Below the pieces are notes generated by a model. It was not told where the DNA came from and made no database searches. It saw nothing but the letters and a program-made list of their open reading frames with translations. A DNA stretch of 62,693 nt, filler included, from Chiloscyllium plagiosum (Eukaryota), in the NCBI RefSeq assembly GCF_004010195.1. It is 4 parts of one record of this genome, joined end to end, with 100 filler letters (N's around TTAATTAATTAA, not from the genome) between each part and the next. Parts side by side here need not be neighbours in the genome. Positions count along the whole stretch, not along the records: positions 41,689 to 55,465 come from NC_057710.1; positions 55,566 to 62,693 come from NC_057710.1; 2 more parts are not named here. One strand, written 5' to 3'. The translations under genes and the position numbers were made by a program. Below are positions 49,875 through 62,460 of the stretch, piece after piece. Numbering within the stretch: the stretch's first letter is position 1; every line of letters begins with the position of its first letter.

Positions 49875-52845
49875 TCAATAAAGTCGTTACTCATTCTTCT
49901 AAAGTCCAGTAAGTGCAAGCCCAACCTACTCAACCTCTCATAAGAAAATCTCCCCATGCCTGAATCAACCTACTCAAACATCTCTGAATTGCTTGTAATG
50001 CCAATAAAGTGTATCTCTTTCCTTACATAAGGGTATCAATATATTCACAGTATTCTAGCTGTAATCTGGCTGGAGCCATTTACAGTTTTAGCAAACCTCC
50101 CTACTTTTATACATCATTTCCTTTGAAATAAAGGCTAACAGTCCATTTGCCTTCCCTATTACCAGATAAACTTGGATGCTAGCGTTTTGGATTCATGCAT
50201 AAGAACCCCCAAATCCCACTGTGTTGTAGCTTTGTGTAGTCTGAACATGTTTCTAACCCAAGTTTCTCACACTCAAAATAATGATAAATTATACTATGTA
50301 ATGATTACTGTTTCCCAGGATATTGTGTACTCTGAGATTATTTATTAAACCTGCCTCAATACACATTAGCAAACCCAAAGTATTCTGTTCTCTGGTTAGG
50401 AACATATTGTTCGAAGGAAACTTCCCCAAATACAGTCTATTACTTCCATGGGGAACAAAGAAATGTCACAGACGTTATATAAATATTTTCTATCTTAACA
50501 CTGGGAACCATAGAATCTATCAAAATAACAAGGTATAAGTGTTTTATGAGAACAAGTAAATAATACTGATGAAGTAAAGTAACTAAAGAAATTAATGTGA
50601 TTAAAAATGATAAATCCTTTGAAACACATATTATATTATCGGGCTCTAAAAGAGATGGAATTAGAGGTAATGGATCACAGGTGATTTGATTTGATTTATT
50701 GTTGTCACATCCCCAAATAAGAATGCAGCCCATAAATATCCAACTAACAGTGAATCCATGCCTGAACTCAGTCCAAATAAAGTCCAAATTAAAATTTGGC
50801 GTGTAGCTTGGGACCATATGAGCATAACAGCATTTGCCTCTTCCCCAATGTGTTCATTTTGGCATGACTGAAATATGAGGCTAGTTAATATGCACTGTTG
50901 CCAAGGGAAAGACATGGAGCTCCATTATAGTTCCATTTATCAATTATGAACCTGTGAGCCACTGACTCTGTTTTTCATGTTCTCTGTAGAAAGGAAGAAG
51001 TCCCACAACAACTAATGAGTTATAAGTCTGTCTTGCAATGACAGATTTGATCATGAAAAGATCACTTCAATTGCAAGTGTGTTTGGTATACTGATGGTTT
51101 TTCCCTAATTTCTATGGTATCAAATTTCAATTGAGGAGAAGTTGTTTATGTAAAAGTGTAATTTTAATACTGCTCAGCACAACGCTAATTCACAGCAATC
51201 AAACATTCCTGTAAATCTGTAATTATCTCATAAAGCTTTTACTTCCAGCACTCTTTAAATATCAAACAGTCGCATGCATTTTTGCTGCCTTCCATTGATT
51301 TCTCAAATTCCTCAACCTTCGGGAGATAAATGAACACTTAGAGCTGATGTAACATAACTGACTCAATAATTATTGTGAAGTTTATTGATTCAGCTTTTTC
51401 ATACTGTGTAACAAGATCCTTCTGGTTCTCCTGACACTCCCTTCAGCTATTGTCCCTCAAATAAAAGAAAATGAATGAAAAAGAAATATTGATGTCATCC
51501 GAATGATCTGTAGAAAGTTTGTGAAAGAAAAGTCTTTAGCTTGTCTGTGCTGATGAAGCCTGGAAAACTTCATTATCTTCCTATTGTGGCTAGTGGCTGT
51601 CGAAGCTAAATCAATAACAGCACTTTAAAGAGAATTTGGTTAATACTTGAGGAGGAAAATCACTAAAGTACATAGAAAAGAAATTTCACTTGAGTAAGTT
51701 GCTTTGGCATGGAGTTGGCTGAGATCTGAAGCCAAATGGCTTCTGCTGAGAGCTCCTGTACTTGAAGGACAGATGTCCAAGTCTATGTAATTAAGAATGT
51801 ACTTGGTGTATTATCATTGCAGGGTAGCCAGATTTTAAGAGATTGTGCTTCTGATTGACTTCACCAATTTTGTGAGGGAGGATGCTGGTGGGGAATAAGC
51901 CCCCTGCAAAATGTATACTGTGAATAAAAGGAATGGCTATCTGATGGGACATAGAGTCAAGATAAATGGATCATTTTTTAGGTTGACAAACTGAAACTTT
52001 TGGAGTGCCATAAGACTCAGTGCTGGGGCCCGCAACTGTTAACAACTTATGCTAATGAAAACCAAAAGAACTGCGGATGCTGGAAATCAGTAACAAAAAC
52101 AGAAATTATTGGAACATCTCAGCTGGTCTGGCAACATCTGTGGAGAGAAAGTAAGAGTTAATGTCGCTGAAGAACTCGGGAATGGTGTTTTGGAGAACGC
52201 TTACCTCCGTTGGCAATTCCAGCGGCATCAATTCACGTGCTTCATTCTGCACATGTGCCAGTGTCCACACCGAAGTCTCTGCACCGTTCTGAGCATGTAC
52301 AATGTCAGCTGCCAACAGAGCAGTTTTCTGTGAGAAGTACTGTACAGAGAGCAGCTGTCTCACATTTTTAAAATGAATTGTGTTAAATTTACTTTTGGTA
52401 ATAAATATGATTTCAACCTTCATTCAGGCTGTGCTATACTTTGTGTTAGACGTTTAGATGATTTTTGAGTGATCTGCCTCAGCCCCATTTTTCCCATAGG
52501 CCCCATTACTTGTATTATGCGATTTTCTGTTACTTTACTGGAGGCTTTACTGGAATGTAACTGTGGCATTATTGGAGAACTACCTGTACGTGTATTGGAA
52601 GCTATTCAAATAAGCTTCCTGAGGCTGATTCCTGAATTGAAGGGGTTATCTTACGAGGAAAGGTTGAACATGGCGGCACTTTTTCAGTTGTAGTTAAGAA
52701 TAATGAGAGATGATCTTATTCAAAAACATAAGATTCTGAAGGACTGTGTCAGGGTAGCTGCTGTAGAGAATATTTCCTCTAGTGATAGATTCGAGAGCTA
52801 AGGGGTAGAGATTAAAAAATGGTACTTCATATTTAAGAACAAGAT

Positions 52846-53353
52846 AGCGAGCTTTGAGAAGATTTGTAGCTCAGGTTGAGTTTCTGGATGTAGGTTTGCT
52901 TGCTGAGCTAGAAGGTTCATTTTTAGATGTTTTGTCACCATACTAAGTAACATCTTCAGTGAGCCTCTAGCTGAAGCATTGCTGTTGATTCCTGCTTTCT
53001 ATTTATATGTTTGGGTTTCTTTGGATTGGTGATGTCATTTCCTGTGGTGATGTCATTTCCCATGTGATGTCATTTCCTGTTGTTTTTCTCAGGGGGTCGT
53101 AAATCAGGTCCAAGTCAATGCGTTTTGTCAATAGAGTTCCGGTTGACTTGGACCCGATTTACCACCATCTAAGAAAAAGAACAGAAAATAACATCACCAC
53201 AGGAAATGACGTCACCAATCCAAAGAAATCCAAACATATAAATATAAAGCAGGAATCATTAGCAGTGCTTCAGCCGAGGCTCATTGAAGGTGTTACCTGT
53301 ATGGTGACGAAACGTCTGAAAACGAACCTTCCAGCTCAGTGAGCGAAACTACA
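52846..53353. mobile_element. Fold-back Penelope pLTR element (third family) inside an old CR1
   Basis: ~52890-53117 is inverted relative to ~53145-53352; decayed hammerheads on both arms; 13-bp TSD TTAAGAACAAGAT (52833-52845, 53354-53366). Confidence 0.85.
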
Positions 53354-53569
53354 TTAAGAACAAGATTTTTGGGATTCTGTTCCTCAGTGAGTAGTGGAGA
53401 TTGGGTCATTCAAGGTGGAATTCTGATCAGCAAAAGAGTCAAGGGTTGGATGTGTGGGGAGACCAGGCAGGAAAGTAGAGTTGAGACCACAAACAGATCA
53501 GCCGTGATATTGTTGCATGGTGGGGTTGGATCGAGGGGCCGACTGGCCTACTTGTGCTCCTACCTCTTA

Positions 53570-53835
53570 TGAATTTATTCCTCTTCTCCTCCTTTTACAT
53601 TTTCTTCCTTCTTTATCCCTACTTCTCTGACCGAGCTCTCCATTTATATTTCCTTTTTGTCTCTCTTCTTCCCTCTTCTTTGTTCCAATTCTTTTTTCCT
53701 CTTCTTCTCTCACTCCATTCATCCTCATTTCCTTTTCTTTCCATTCCCACAATGCTCTCCCTTCCTCTTAACATCTGTTCCCCTCCTCTTCCACCCTCCA
53801 TTCCTCTTTTTTTTTCTTTTTACTTCTTTTCCAGC
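53570..53835 (+). repeat. Pyrimidine-rich low-complexity tract
   Basis: Almost entirely C/T. Confidence 0.85.
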
Positions 53836-55179
53836 TCTGCAACAATTAAAATGTTGCTCTAATTTCTACATCTACTTGAGAGCCAAGATTGGTTTGACCC
53901 TTTGGGGTGGTTAGTCTGATTTGCCCATCTTCCTTCACTTTGTCTGCATCCAGACTGGAATTTATTTTCTTCGCATTTTCAGTTTTCCACTTCAATTCTT
54001 AAAATTGATTATTGATTATTCCAAAAATAAATTTTATTTTAAATTTTATATTTTGTTGTCAGTGATATGAGTGATGCATTTACCACTTGTTTATCACCAT
54101 ATATGTGATATTCCTTTGATATTATTTGTTATCAAACAGATAACAACCACTTAGGTTTTAATTTAGTAGTGAGACACTTTTTAAATGCTTGAAGAAATGT
54201 GAAATTTGATCAAAATGATCTCAATTTTCAAATACTAACGTTTGACAGGTTTTATAATGTGTTAATTGCTCTATATTTCTCCATATTCAATCTTATAATT
54301 TATTGTAATCAGTGTACAATATTATGACATGCAGTATTGCAGTTCGGTTAATAATTTGATGATAATTAACTAGTGAGAACTCCACAGGGGATGGTATCTT
54401 GTTATCAAGTCACCCTTTATTTACACATTGGAGAGTCCTTGACAATGACCCAGCTCCCTCAGAGCCAGCTGTCAGATTAAACAGTAAGTCTGACAGTCCT
54501 GTTCTTCTCTGTCTGCCAAGACTCCCTGATTGGTCCAGATTAACAGCCCCAGTCAGGGAACTCTTATTCTCCAATGTCCTCATTACAATCATGACACCCA
54601 GTATGGTAAAAATAAAGTTTACATGACAATGTTTTGTTCAAAATGCTAAATATAGAATTCAGAAAGAACTACTTAATTGTTCTTCCCTCTGTCTGGTTTC
54701 ACTGATTATATTCACCTTTGATTTAATTATCTATTTTAATGGCTTCTGCAAACACAGGCATTATGCAAAAAGTGGGCAAATTCATTCCTTTCTTCACATC
54801 CTGTTTTTACGAATACTTTTGGTAATCCAAATAGTGACTTTTCAAGCAGCACATGAGGGAGCTTTGCAGAGCTGCCCTTTTTCCCATTGCTATACAATTG
54901 TTTAACTGTGTTATTAAAATGCATCAGGATTTATCCTGCTGTTTGGCACAGTAAATGGCACTTTTGAGTAAAAATTCTTTGAATTTACTTTTTGAGTATC
55001 TTAAACTATCAAGCCAGGCAGATATTTACCAGCTAATTTGACTAGGTTCACCTAAAATCAAAGAATTGTCTGTAAGGCATTACAATTCCTGATAAATTTA
55101 AGATTTAGACCAATAGAACTAACAGTGGAAAAATCGAGGGTAATTTAAGCCTTTCTGTGATAGACTTGCACTATCCAAA

Positions 55180-55465
55180 AGGGTGGTAAAAACAATGACT
55201 GCAGATGCTGGAAACCAGATTCTGGATTAGTGGTGCTGGAAGAGCACAGTACTTCAGGCAGCATCCAAGGATATCCAATCCCTCTACACCTCCATCCGCC
55301 ATGACCAGGGCCTCCAAGCCCTCCGTTTTTTCCTCTCCAGACGTCCCCAACAGTACCCTTCCACCGACACTCTCATTCGTTTGGCCGAACTGGTCCTCAC
55401 ACTTAAGAATTTCTCCTTTGAATCCTCCCACTTCCTCCAGACCAAACGGGTAGCCATGGGCACAC
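55180..55465 (+). mobile_element. Penelope-like element: inverted pLTR piece + RT fragment running into a gap
   Basis: From ~55270 encodes DIQSLYTSIRHDQGLQALRFFL...LVLTLKNFSF...VAMGT. Confidence 0.85.
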
Positions 55466-55565
55466 NNNNNNNNNNNNNNNNNNNNNNNNNNNNNNNNNNN
55501 NNNNNNNNNTTAATTAATTAANNNNNNNNNNNNNNNNNNNNNNNNNNNNNNNNNNNNNNNNNNNN
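55466..55565. other. Assembly gap with artificial linker
   Basis: N run with TTAATTAATTAA at 55510-55521. Confidence 0.95.
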
Positions 55566-55968
55566 GCTATCTACCTGCGACTCCACTTTCAAAGAATTAT
55601 GAACCTGCACTCCAAGGTCTCTTTGTTCAGCAGCACTCCCCAGGACCTTACCATTAAGTGTATAAATCCTGCCCTAATTGGCTTTTCCAAAGTGTAGCAC
55701 CTTGCATTTATGTAAACTATACTCCATCTGCCACTCCTTAGCCCACTTGCGCATCTGATCAAGATCCCGTTGTACTTAAAGGTAGCCTTGTTCACTGCCA
55801 CTACACTTCTAATTTTGGTGTCATCTGCAAACTTACTGACCATATGTCCTACGTTCACATCCAAATTATTTATATAAATGACAAAAAGCAAGAGACCCAG
55901 CACTGATCCTTGTGGAACACCACTCTTCACAGGTCTCCAGTCTGAAAAGCAACCCTCCACTACCACTC
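55566..55968 (-). mobile_element. CR1 RT fragment
   Basis: VVVEGCFSDWRPVKSGVPQGSVLG...SKFADDTKI. Confidence 0.9.
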
Positions 55969-55974
55969 TCCTGA

Positions 55975-56187
55975 TCGGGATCAGTTTAGCCCTGTTGGCT
56001 AGATGGCTGGTTTGTGATGCAGAGTTACACCAACAGCCCGGGTTCAATTCCCATGTCGGCTGAGGTGTGTTCTCCTTCTCAACCTCTCCCTCATCGGAGC
56101 TGTGGTGACCTCAGGTTACACAATTAACCTCTCTTGAATTAGAAAGCAGCTCCCATGATCTAGTAAGACTATGGTGACTCTATCTTT
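55975..56187 (+). mobile_element. tRNA-derived SINE (non-HE1 family)
   Basis: A-box-like TAGCCCTGTTGG, B box GGTTCAATTCC; relative at 972-1135. Confidence 0.65.
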
Positions 56188-57199
56188 AATCACGTAAGTA
56201 GGTTACAAAGAAATCTTCTAATACAAGAAATTATGGAAAATGTAAACTACATTTGAATTTTAAAAAGTCAACAACAGGCCCTTGAGTTAAGTTTAAAAAT
56301 TTACAGTCTTCATGTAGTAATTATTTTTGAAACATATTTGAAATATTTTACTGTACATTACAATATTTAAGTTAGCAAATCTGAAGCAGCCTATGGGAAC
56401 TAAACAGTGATAATATTTTTTATTCCACCTTTGAACAACATCTGTAAACATTATTCATTTTTAAGTTGACCATGCCATCTGGTACCAGAAAGTTTGATAT
56501 CCTAGTGTTCAAAAGCTTTAGGTTGCAGTCATTCGCAACGTGGTTGGCTCTTAAATTGCCCTTTGGGCCATTAGGAATGGGCGATACATGCTGGCCTAGG
56601 CAGCTACACTCATCCCATGAATGAATAAAACACGAGCTCATTTTATTCCAAAGCATTCAATCTGCATTTCAAAGCTTTAATTCAGTCATCCCTTGATATC
56701 TAATTATGCTCTATTGAAATCATACTGAACACAACTTGCAAGCTGAACTGGGAACAGGAAGGATACAGAATGTACCCTGTATCGGGGACTACAACGTCAA
56801 TCAAGAGTGACTCATTAGCTCCATTGCTGACCAAGTTAGCCAAGTCCTGGAGAACAAAAGAGACAGACATGTGAAAGGTGGTGAGGGCACAATTAAGGAC
56901 AAACCGATGACACTCATCTTCATTGCAAAGCTAAATGTTTCATGGTGGCACATTTATAGATGTGACCATCCAGAGGTTCGAAGTGTCCAAGAACAGCAAG
57001 AATGAATGGATGGCCATCAGGCAGTCAAGCAGCATAGGTAGGTAATGCAGGAGGCAATGGAATGCATGGACTGACAGATCATAAGGTGCAGCAGCTGTGT
57101 AGTCCATTTGGCCTATTGAGTCAATTCTGCGTTCAATGAGATCATGGATGGTCTGGTAATCTTCAACACTTTCTTTTCCACATGACCCTTGATTTTTTT

Positions 57200-57518
57200 T
57201 AGATTAGATTAGATTACTTTACAGTGTGGAAACAGGCCCTTCGGCCCAACAAGTCCACACCGACCCGCCGAAGCGCAAACCACCCATACCCCTACATTTA
57301 CCCCTTACCTAACACTACGGACAATTTAGCATGGCCAATTCACCTGACCTGCACATCTTTGGACTGTGGGAGGAAAACCGGAGCACCCGGAGGAAACCCA
57401 CGCAGACACAGGGAGAATGTGCAAACTCCACACAGTCAGTCGCCTGAGGCGGGAATTGAACCCGGGTCTCATGGCGCTGTGAAGCAGCAGTGCTAACCAC
57501 TGTGCCACCGTGCCGTCC
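57200..57518 (-). mobile_element. Young full-length HE1-type SINE inside an old minus-strand CR1
   Basis: (AGATT)n tail on +; intact head; close to 20505-20817. Confidence 0.9.
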
Positions 57519-60234
57519 ACTTTACTGATTAGATTTCTTTACTGATTAGAAAACTGGCTAGGTCTTTACTATTTTAACAACTTAATTTCAATAGCCCTCT
57601 GTGGTAAAGAATGTCACATTCATTTCCCTGAGAGAAGAAATTTCTGCCCTCATCTGTGTCTTAAATGGTAGACTTTTTACTCTGAGATTATTCCCTCTGG
57701 TCATAGATTCTCCCACAAGGGGAAACAATCACTCCATGTCTATCCTGTAAAGCTCTTGTATGCTTCAATAAGGTCTCTTCACCTACTTCTAAACTCCAAT
57801 AAGTACAAGCTTAACCTATTCGACATATCCACAAGAAAATTCCTCCATACCCAAAAGCAACCTGGAGAACCTTCTTTGGACTGTCTCCAATGCCAGCATG
57901 TCTTTCTTTAGATATGGGAACCAAATCTTAACAATATTCCAGGTATGGTCTGATTAGTGTCTTGTGTAGTTTTAGCAAGATCTCTTTATTATTCATAAAC
58001 CATTCCCATTCAAATAAAGGCCAACAGCCCATTAGCTTTCCCTGCAACCCTTCAAACAAACTGATGGTTTATCTGGAGAATCCAGCCACAACCAAATACA
58101 GGCACCAAAGGAGGTCATAAAGTCTCTGACAGCAATGCAGATGGGTGATATTACAGCATTTTCATAGTCACTGAAGTGCATCCAGGATGATATGATGCTT
58201 TTCTGGGTCAAGATCAAAGATTTCACTGGTTAGCTGTTGAGCATCAAGAATGTAAATAGATAGTCATCATAGGTCACATTGTTACCAAGAGAACACTCAG
58301 ATTTTCAGGAGATAAATGAAAATGATGTCATAGTGGAGAACAGGGAAACAATAGTGAAACTATATGGTTAGCACATATTTGTATTTGTAGAGACTATGAA
58401 AATTCCTCAGAAATACTAGGCAACAAAGGGACTTGTGAAATGGAAGAACTAAAAGGAAACTAACATGTTCAAAGAGCAGTATTTGAAACATTAATAGGAT
58501 TAAAGGCTAATAAATCCCCTGGACCAGATGAGTTACATCTCAAGAGAGTGTTGAAGGAGTTGGCTCTGGACATAATGGATGCAATAGTAGTTATTTTTCA
58601 AAATACTATAGGTCATAGAAATGTTCCCATGAATTGGAAAGTAGCAAACATAACTGCACTCTTTGAAAAGGCAGGGGAATGGAGAACTACAGATCAGCTA
58701 GATGGATGTCAGAAGGTGGTAAACTGTTAGAATTTGTTAGAAATTATGCAATAATTCAAAACTTAGAAAATAATGGTAAACTTGAGCTGGTCGACATGGA
58801 TTTATAAAAGATAAAACCTGTTTGATGAGCTTGGAGCTTTTGAGCAAATCACTTGCAGCATAGATAAAGAAGAAACAGGTTTTTGAGAGGGACTGCAAAT
58901 AAAGTTTCACCAGAGTACAGCCTGGGAAGGCAGGAATGGCTGGTGAGGAGAGAGTGAGGAAACTGATCATGTTGCCTGGAGTGACAAAGAGCAGGAAAAC
59001 GTTTCATTGAAACACAAAATTCTAACAGGATGTAAAGATATGTCTGGTAAATCTAGATCATCATTTCGTAGTACAGGGTAGGGGAGTTAACGGAGATAAC
59101 AAGAAGTTTTACACTCAGGGACTGGCAAATCTTTGGAATTCTTTACCCTTAAGAGGTCTGGAGAAGCTGAAATCAGATTTTAAGAGAAAAATGACATCGA
59201 GATAAAGAGATATCATGGGAAAGTGACATTGAGGTAGATGATTGGCCATGATCCAGTTGAATGGTGGAGCAGGCTTGATGAGTCTACCTTTGTTCCTAAA
59301 AATAGGTCAGGGTTGTTGTTAGAGGACAGTGAGCACATGTCAGTGGTCAATTACCTTTATTAAGTATAGCTACATGCAAGAGACAGAGAGAGTACATTTC
59401 TAGAATCCTACAGACTCAGGTCTCAGTTCCATGTCATCTATGATATCGATGCTGAGCATATACATAAGAATCTATCATTAAAAGGTAAAGTTAACTCTTC
59501 ATTAGACTTTATCCTCATTTTCTATATACACATCTTCTTACATTTCTATCTCTCTCCCTCCACCTCTATCATTCCCCAAGATTATGTTCTTTACGGAAAA
59601 ATCTGTGGCGTGTTTCTCAAACACATGCATGAGTTCCACTTGAGGTTGTGGCTTGTCTTCACAATCTACTGTCATCATCTCTTCTCTTTCGTGTTAGTGG
59701 CTATATTGTCAGAGTTCGCTCCTGCAGTCCATGCAGCAATCAGCTACTTTGTCAGCAAAGTGAAGGCACTCCTGTTTCTTCAGGTCTTACCATTTAGCAG
59801 GTGGACAAGGTAGGATCCCAGTTGTTGGAGCCTTGCACTCTCAATGCTCTCTCACTGCTGTTCCAATATGGGCAGGTTGTGAGCTCAGTGGCTCTTAACG
59901 AGGTTCAGGCTTTGTCTGTCTTCTAATGTTCTTCTTTCTATCATACTTATGTTGCAGCTGTACTGGATATTTGATAGGCCACTTTTGGAAAAATGTTGTG
60001 AAACTTCAAAGGGTTCAGTAAAGATTTACAAGGATGTTGCCAGGGATCGAGGGTTTGAGCTATAGGGAGAGGCTGAAATAGGCTGCCACTGTTTTCCCTG
60101 GAGTGCTGGAGGCTGAGGGGTCGCCTTATAGAGGTTTAGAAAATCTTGAGGGACATGGATAGGGTAAATAGACAAGGTCTTTTCCCTGGGGTGTGATGTC
60201 CAGAACTAGGGGGGCATAAGTCTAGGGTGAGAGG

Positions 60235-61250
60235 TGTTATGGACTAGGCCAGATCACTCAGTCATAGAGATATACAGCATGGAAACAGACCCTTCGGTCC
60301 AACCCATCCATGCCAACCAGATATCCCAACCCAATCTAGTCCCACCTGCCAGCACCCGGCCCATATCCCTCCAAACCCTTCCTATTCATATACCCATCCA
60401 AATGCCTCTTAAATGTTGCAATTGTACTAGCCTCCACCACATCCTCCGGCAGCTCATTCCATATACATTCTACCCTCTTCGTGAAAAAGTTGCCCCTTAG
60501 GTCTTGCCCCAGACCATAACTTTGCAATTTGTTGGGGTAAGTGTACAGTGAAAATTACTGAGGAAGATAGCTAGATTGACTACTAGATTTTAAAACAGAC
60601 AAAAATATATTCACAAAATTATAAAATGAAACACAAAGAACAGAATAAAGAACCCCTACAGGACTCAACCTATCCAAATAGACTTAATTATATTGTTCCG
60701 AATATACACAATAGTTACAATAAGCAAACTCCCTTTAAAAAAAACAGTATAAATGGAACACATGCTTACAGGTTGAAGTTGAAAGGCAGAAAAATAGAAA
60801 GTTCCCACACAGCTCCCTATGGAACTTCCCAGGTCAAGACTGAATGAAAACTGCTCAGCTCAGCTGGAGAGCTGGCCATTCCCTTTTCGTTATACAGGTC
60901 ACGTCTAAAACATGACCACTTTGGTCTGGAGTCCCATCTGTTTACATATAAACAAAAGGCCTCAAAACCCTTTTCATCTCTGTACCAAATCAGACTGATC
61001 AGAACCCAGCCTGGTTTATTACCCTCTGAAAAATATCAAGGACAGAGCCTCGTTGAGCCTCGGAACAGTTTTTAGAAAGAAAAGAGACTAGCTTTGTGAC
61101 ACCCCCTTTAAAAAAAAAAGAACCATTAATAAAGGTGGCTTCATTTTTAACCCCTCAAAACCTGAATAGTAGTCTAAACACACACATATATGCTATATTA
61201 ACTATAAACATGGAACAGCTTTTGGAAAAAAGAGGACTAGCTTTGTGACA
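60235..61250 (-). mobile_element. Internally deleted LTR retrotransposon (39-bp stub of 5' LTR, short internal piece, PPT, full 3' LTR)
   Basis: TG...CA termini; 4-bp TSD GAGG (60231-60234, 61251-61254); 61212-61250 repeats 61062-61101; minus-strand AAAGGGGG directly precedes TGTCAC at 61101. Confidence 0.8.
60260..60503 (-). mobile_element. Young CR1 3' fragment inserted in the LTR
   Basis: AGTCATAGAG tail; DLRGNFFTKRVECIWNELPE. Confidence 0.88.
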
Positions 61251-62460
61251 GAGGGGTAAGGTTTAAAAGGGACATAAGGGGCAAATATTTCAAACATTGA
61301 GTGGTGCATTTATGGAATGAGCTGCCAGAGGAAGTGATGGAGGCTCATACAACTTCAAAATTTAAAAGACGTCTGGATGGGTACATGAATAGGAAGGGTT
61401 TATTGGGATATGGCCAAGTGCTGGCAAATGGGGATAGATTAACTTAGGACATCTTGTCAGCATGGACGAGTTGGACCAAAGATCTGTTTCTGTGCTGTGC
61501 ATCTCCATGACTCTATGACTTAGCCATGGTCCAGCACCGTGTCACTTGGCATTAGAAGTTTGCCTGGGAAGTTTGGTTTGCTGCCTCAGGGTGAAGAGAG
61601 TGAGTATGGAGCTATGTTGTTGTAATGGTGAACAGCAGTAGTTGAATCAGATGCAATGAAAATCATTATTTGTTTATCCCTCAGGAATTTTTTTAATCGT
61701 AGAAACCACTCATCTTCACCATTAGCTGGAGAGCTGCTCGGTGAATTTCGAACATAGTCAAGTCCATCCATAGCTGTAAAGTATTCAATTTATTGGCCAA
61801 TTGTGAGTTTTTTCCAGATACGAATACACCTGGGATTCCGTGTGTGGATAGTGTCTTCAAAGATGTCATAATGACTTCCAATGATAATAAATGAGAATAA
61901 TAAATGAGAAAAGCCATCACCTAATATTCAAAAAGATTAATGACAAGGTGTTCTTATGGCATGGTTGGAGAGCAGGATAACAAAAGAGGTCCTTTCTGCT
62001 CCCCTGTCTACAAATGGGACAATGTCTTTTATGGTACAACAGGTAGCTAGTGACCACAGACAGTTGCACCATGGCATGGAGCTTGGAGATACACAGATGT
62101 CCCTAATGGCTATCCCAAGACTGTCGAGATAGAAAGCTTGTGGGACCACACATCTATCATCCTAGATCAAACGATCATTGCCATTAATGTTGTGATGGTA
62201 TTGCTCAAACTACTACCACAGGGCAAGGTTACTGGGAATACATTCTGGCCAGCCATCAAGGCAGAATATACAAAGCTGTGTACATTCTTCATCATGCAAC
62301 TGAGACTCACAATTCCTACATTTTCACTAAGGCTAGCAGATGGTGAATAGTTAAGGTTGCACAGCACCTTGAACATTTTTTGACTTGAATCAACATAATC
62401 AATGACAGCATAATCAGTGTTTTGTGTCAGTGAGAGCTCTTGAGATGTGTTAAACTATCC

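Larger units (their letters stand above)
59948..61520 (+). mobile_element. CR1 3' fragment split at GAGG by an LTR element
   Basis: 59948-60234 and 61251-61520 rejoin into a continuous CR1 ORF2 end and 3' UTR with CTCTATGACT tail. Confidence 0.85.
59314..62400 (-). mobile_element. Fossil Gypsy-type LTR retrotransposon (integrase region + 3' LTR), interrupted by nested insertions at ~59948-61520
   Basis: Minus-strand remnants DEECTQL..FCLDGWP, DDRCVVP, THGIPGVFVS, SP..SPANGE.E (integrase core) and SYLV.....T*RNR (pol end). Purine tract then TGTAAG at 59542; AATAAA; ends AACAACA at 59314. Confidence 0.7.

Noticed and set aside
54375..54596. Possible small solo LTR on the minus strand (TGTCAT start, AATAAA)
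   Set aside because: Other terminus and TSD could not be identified.
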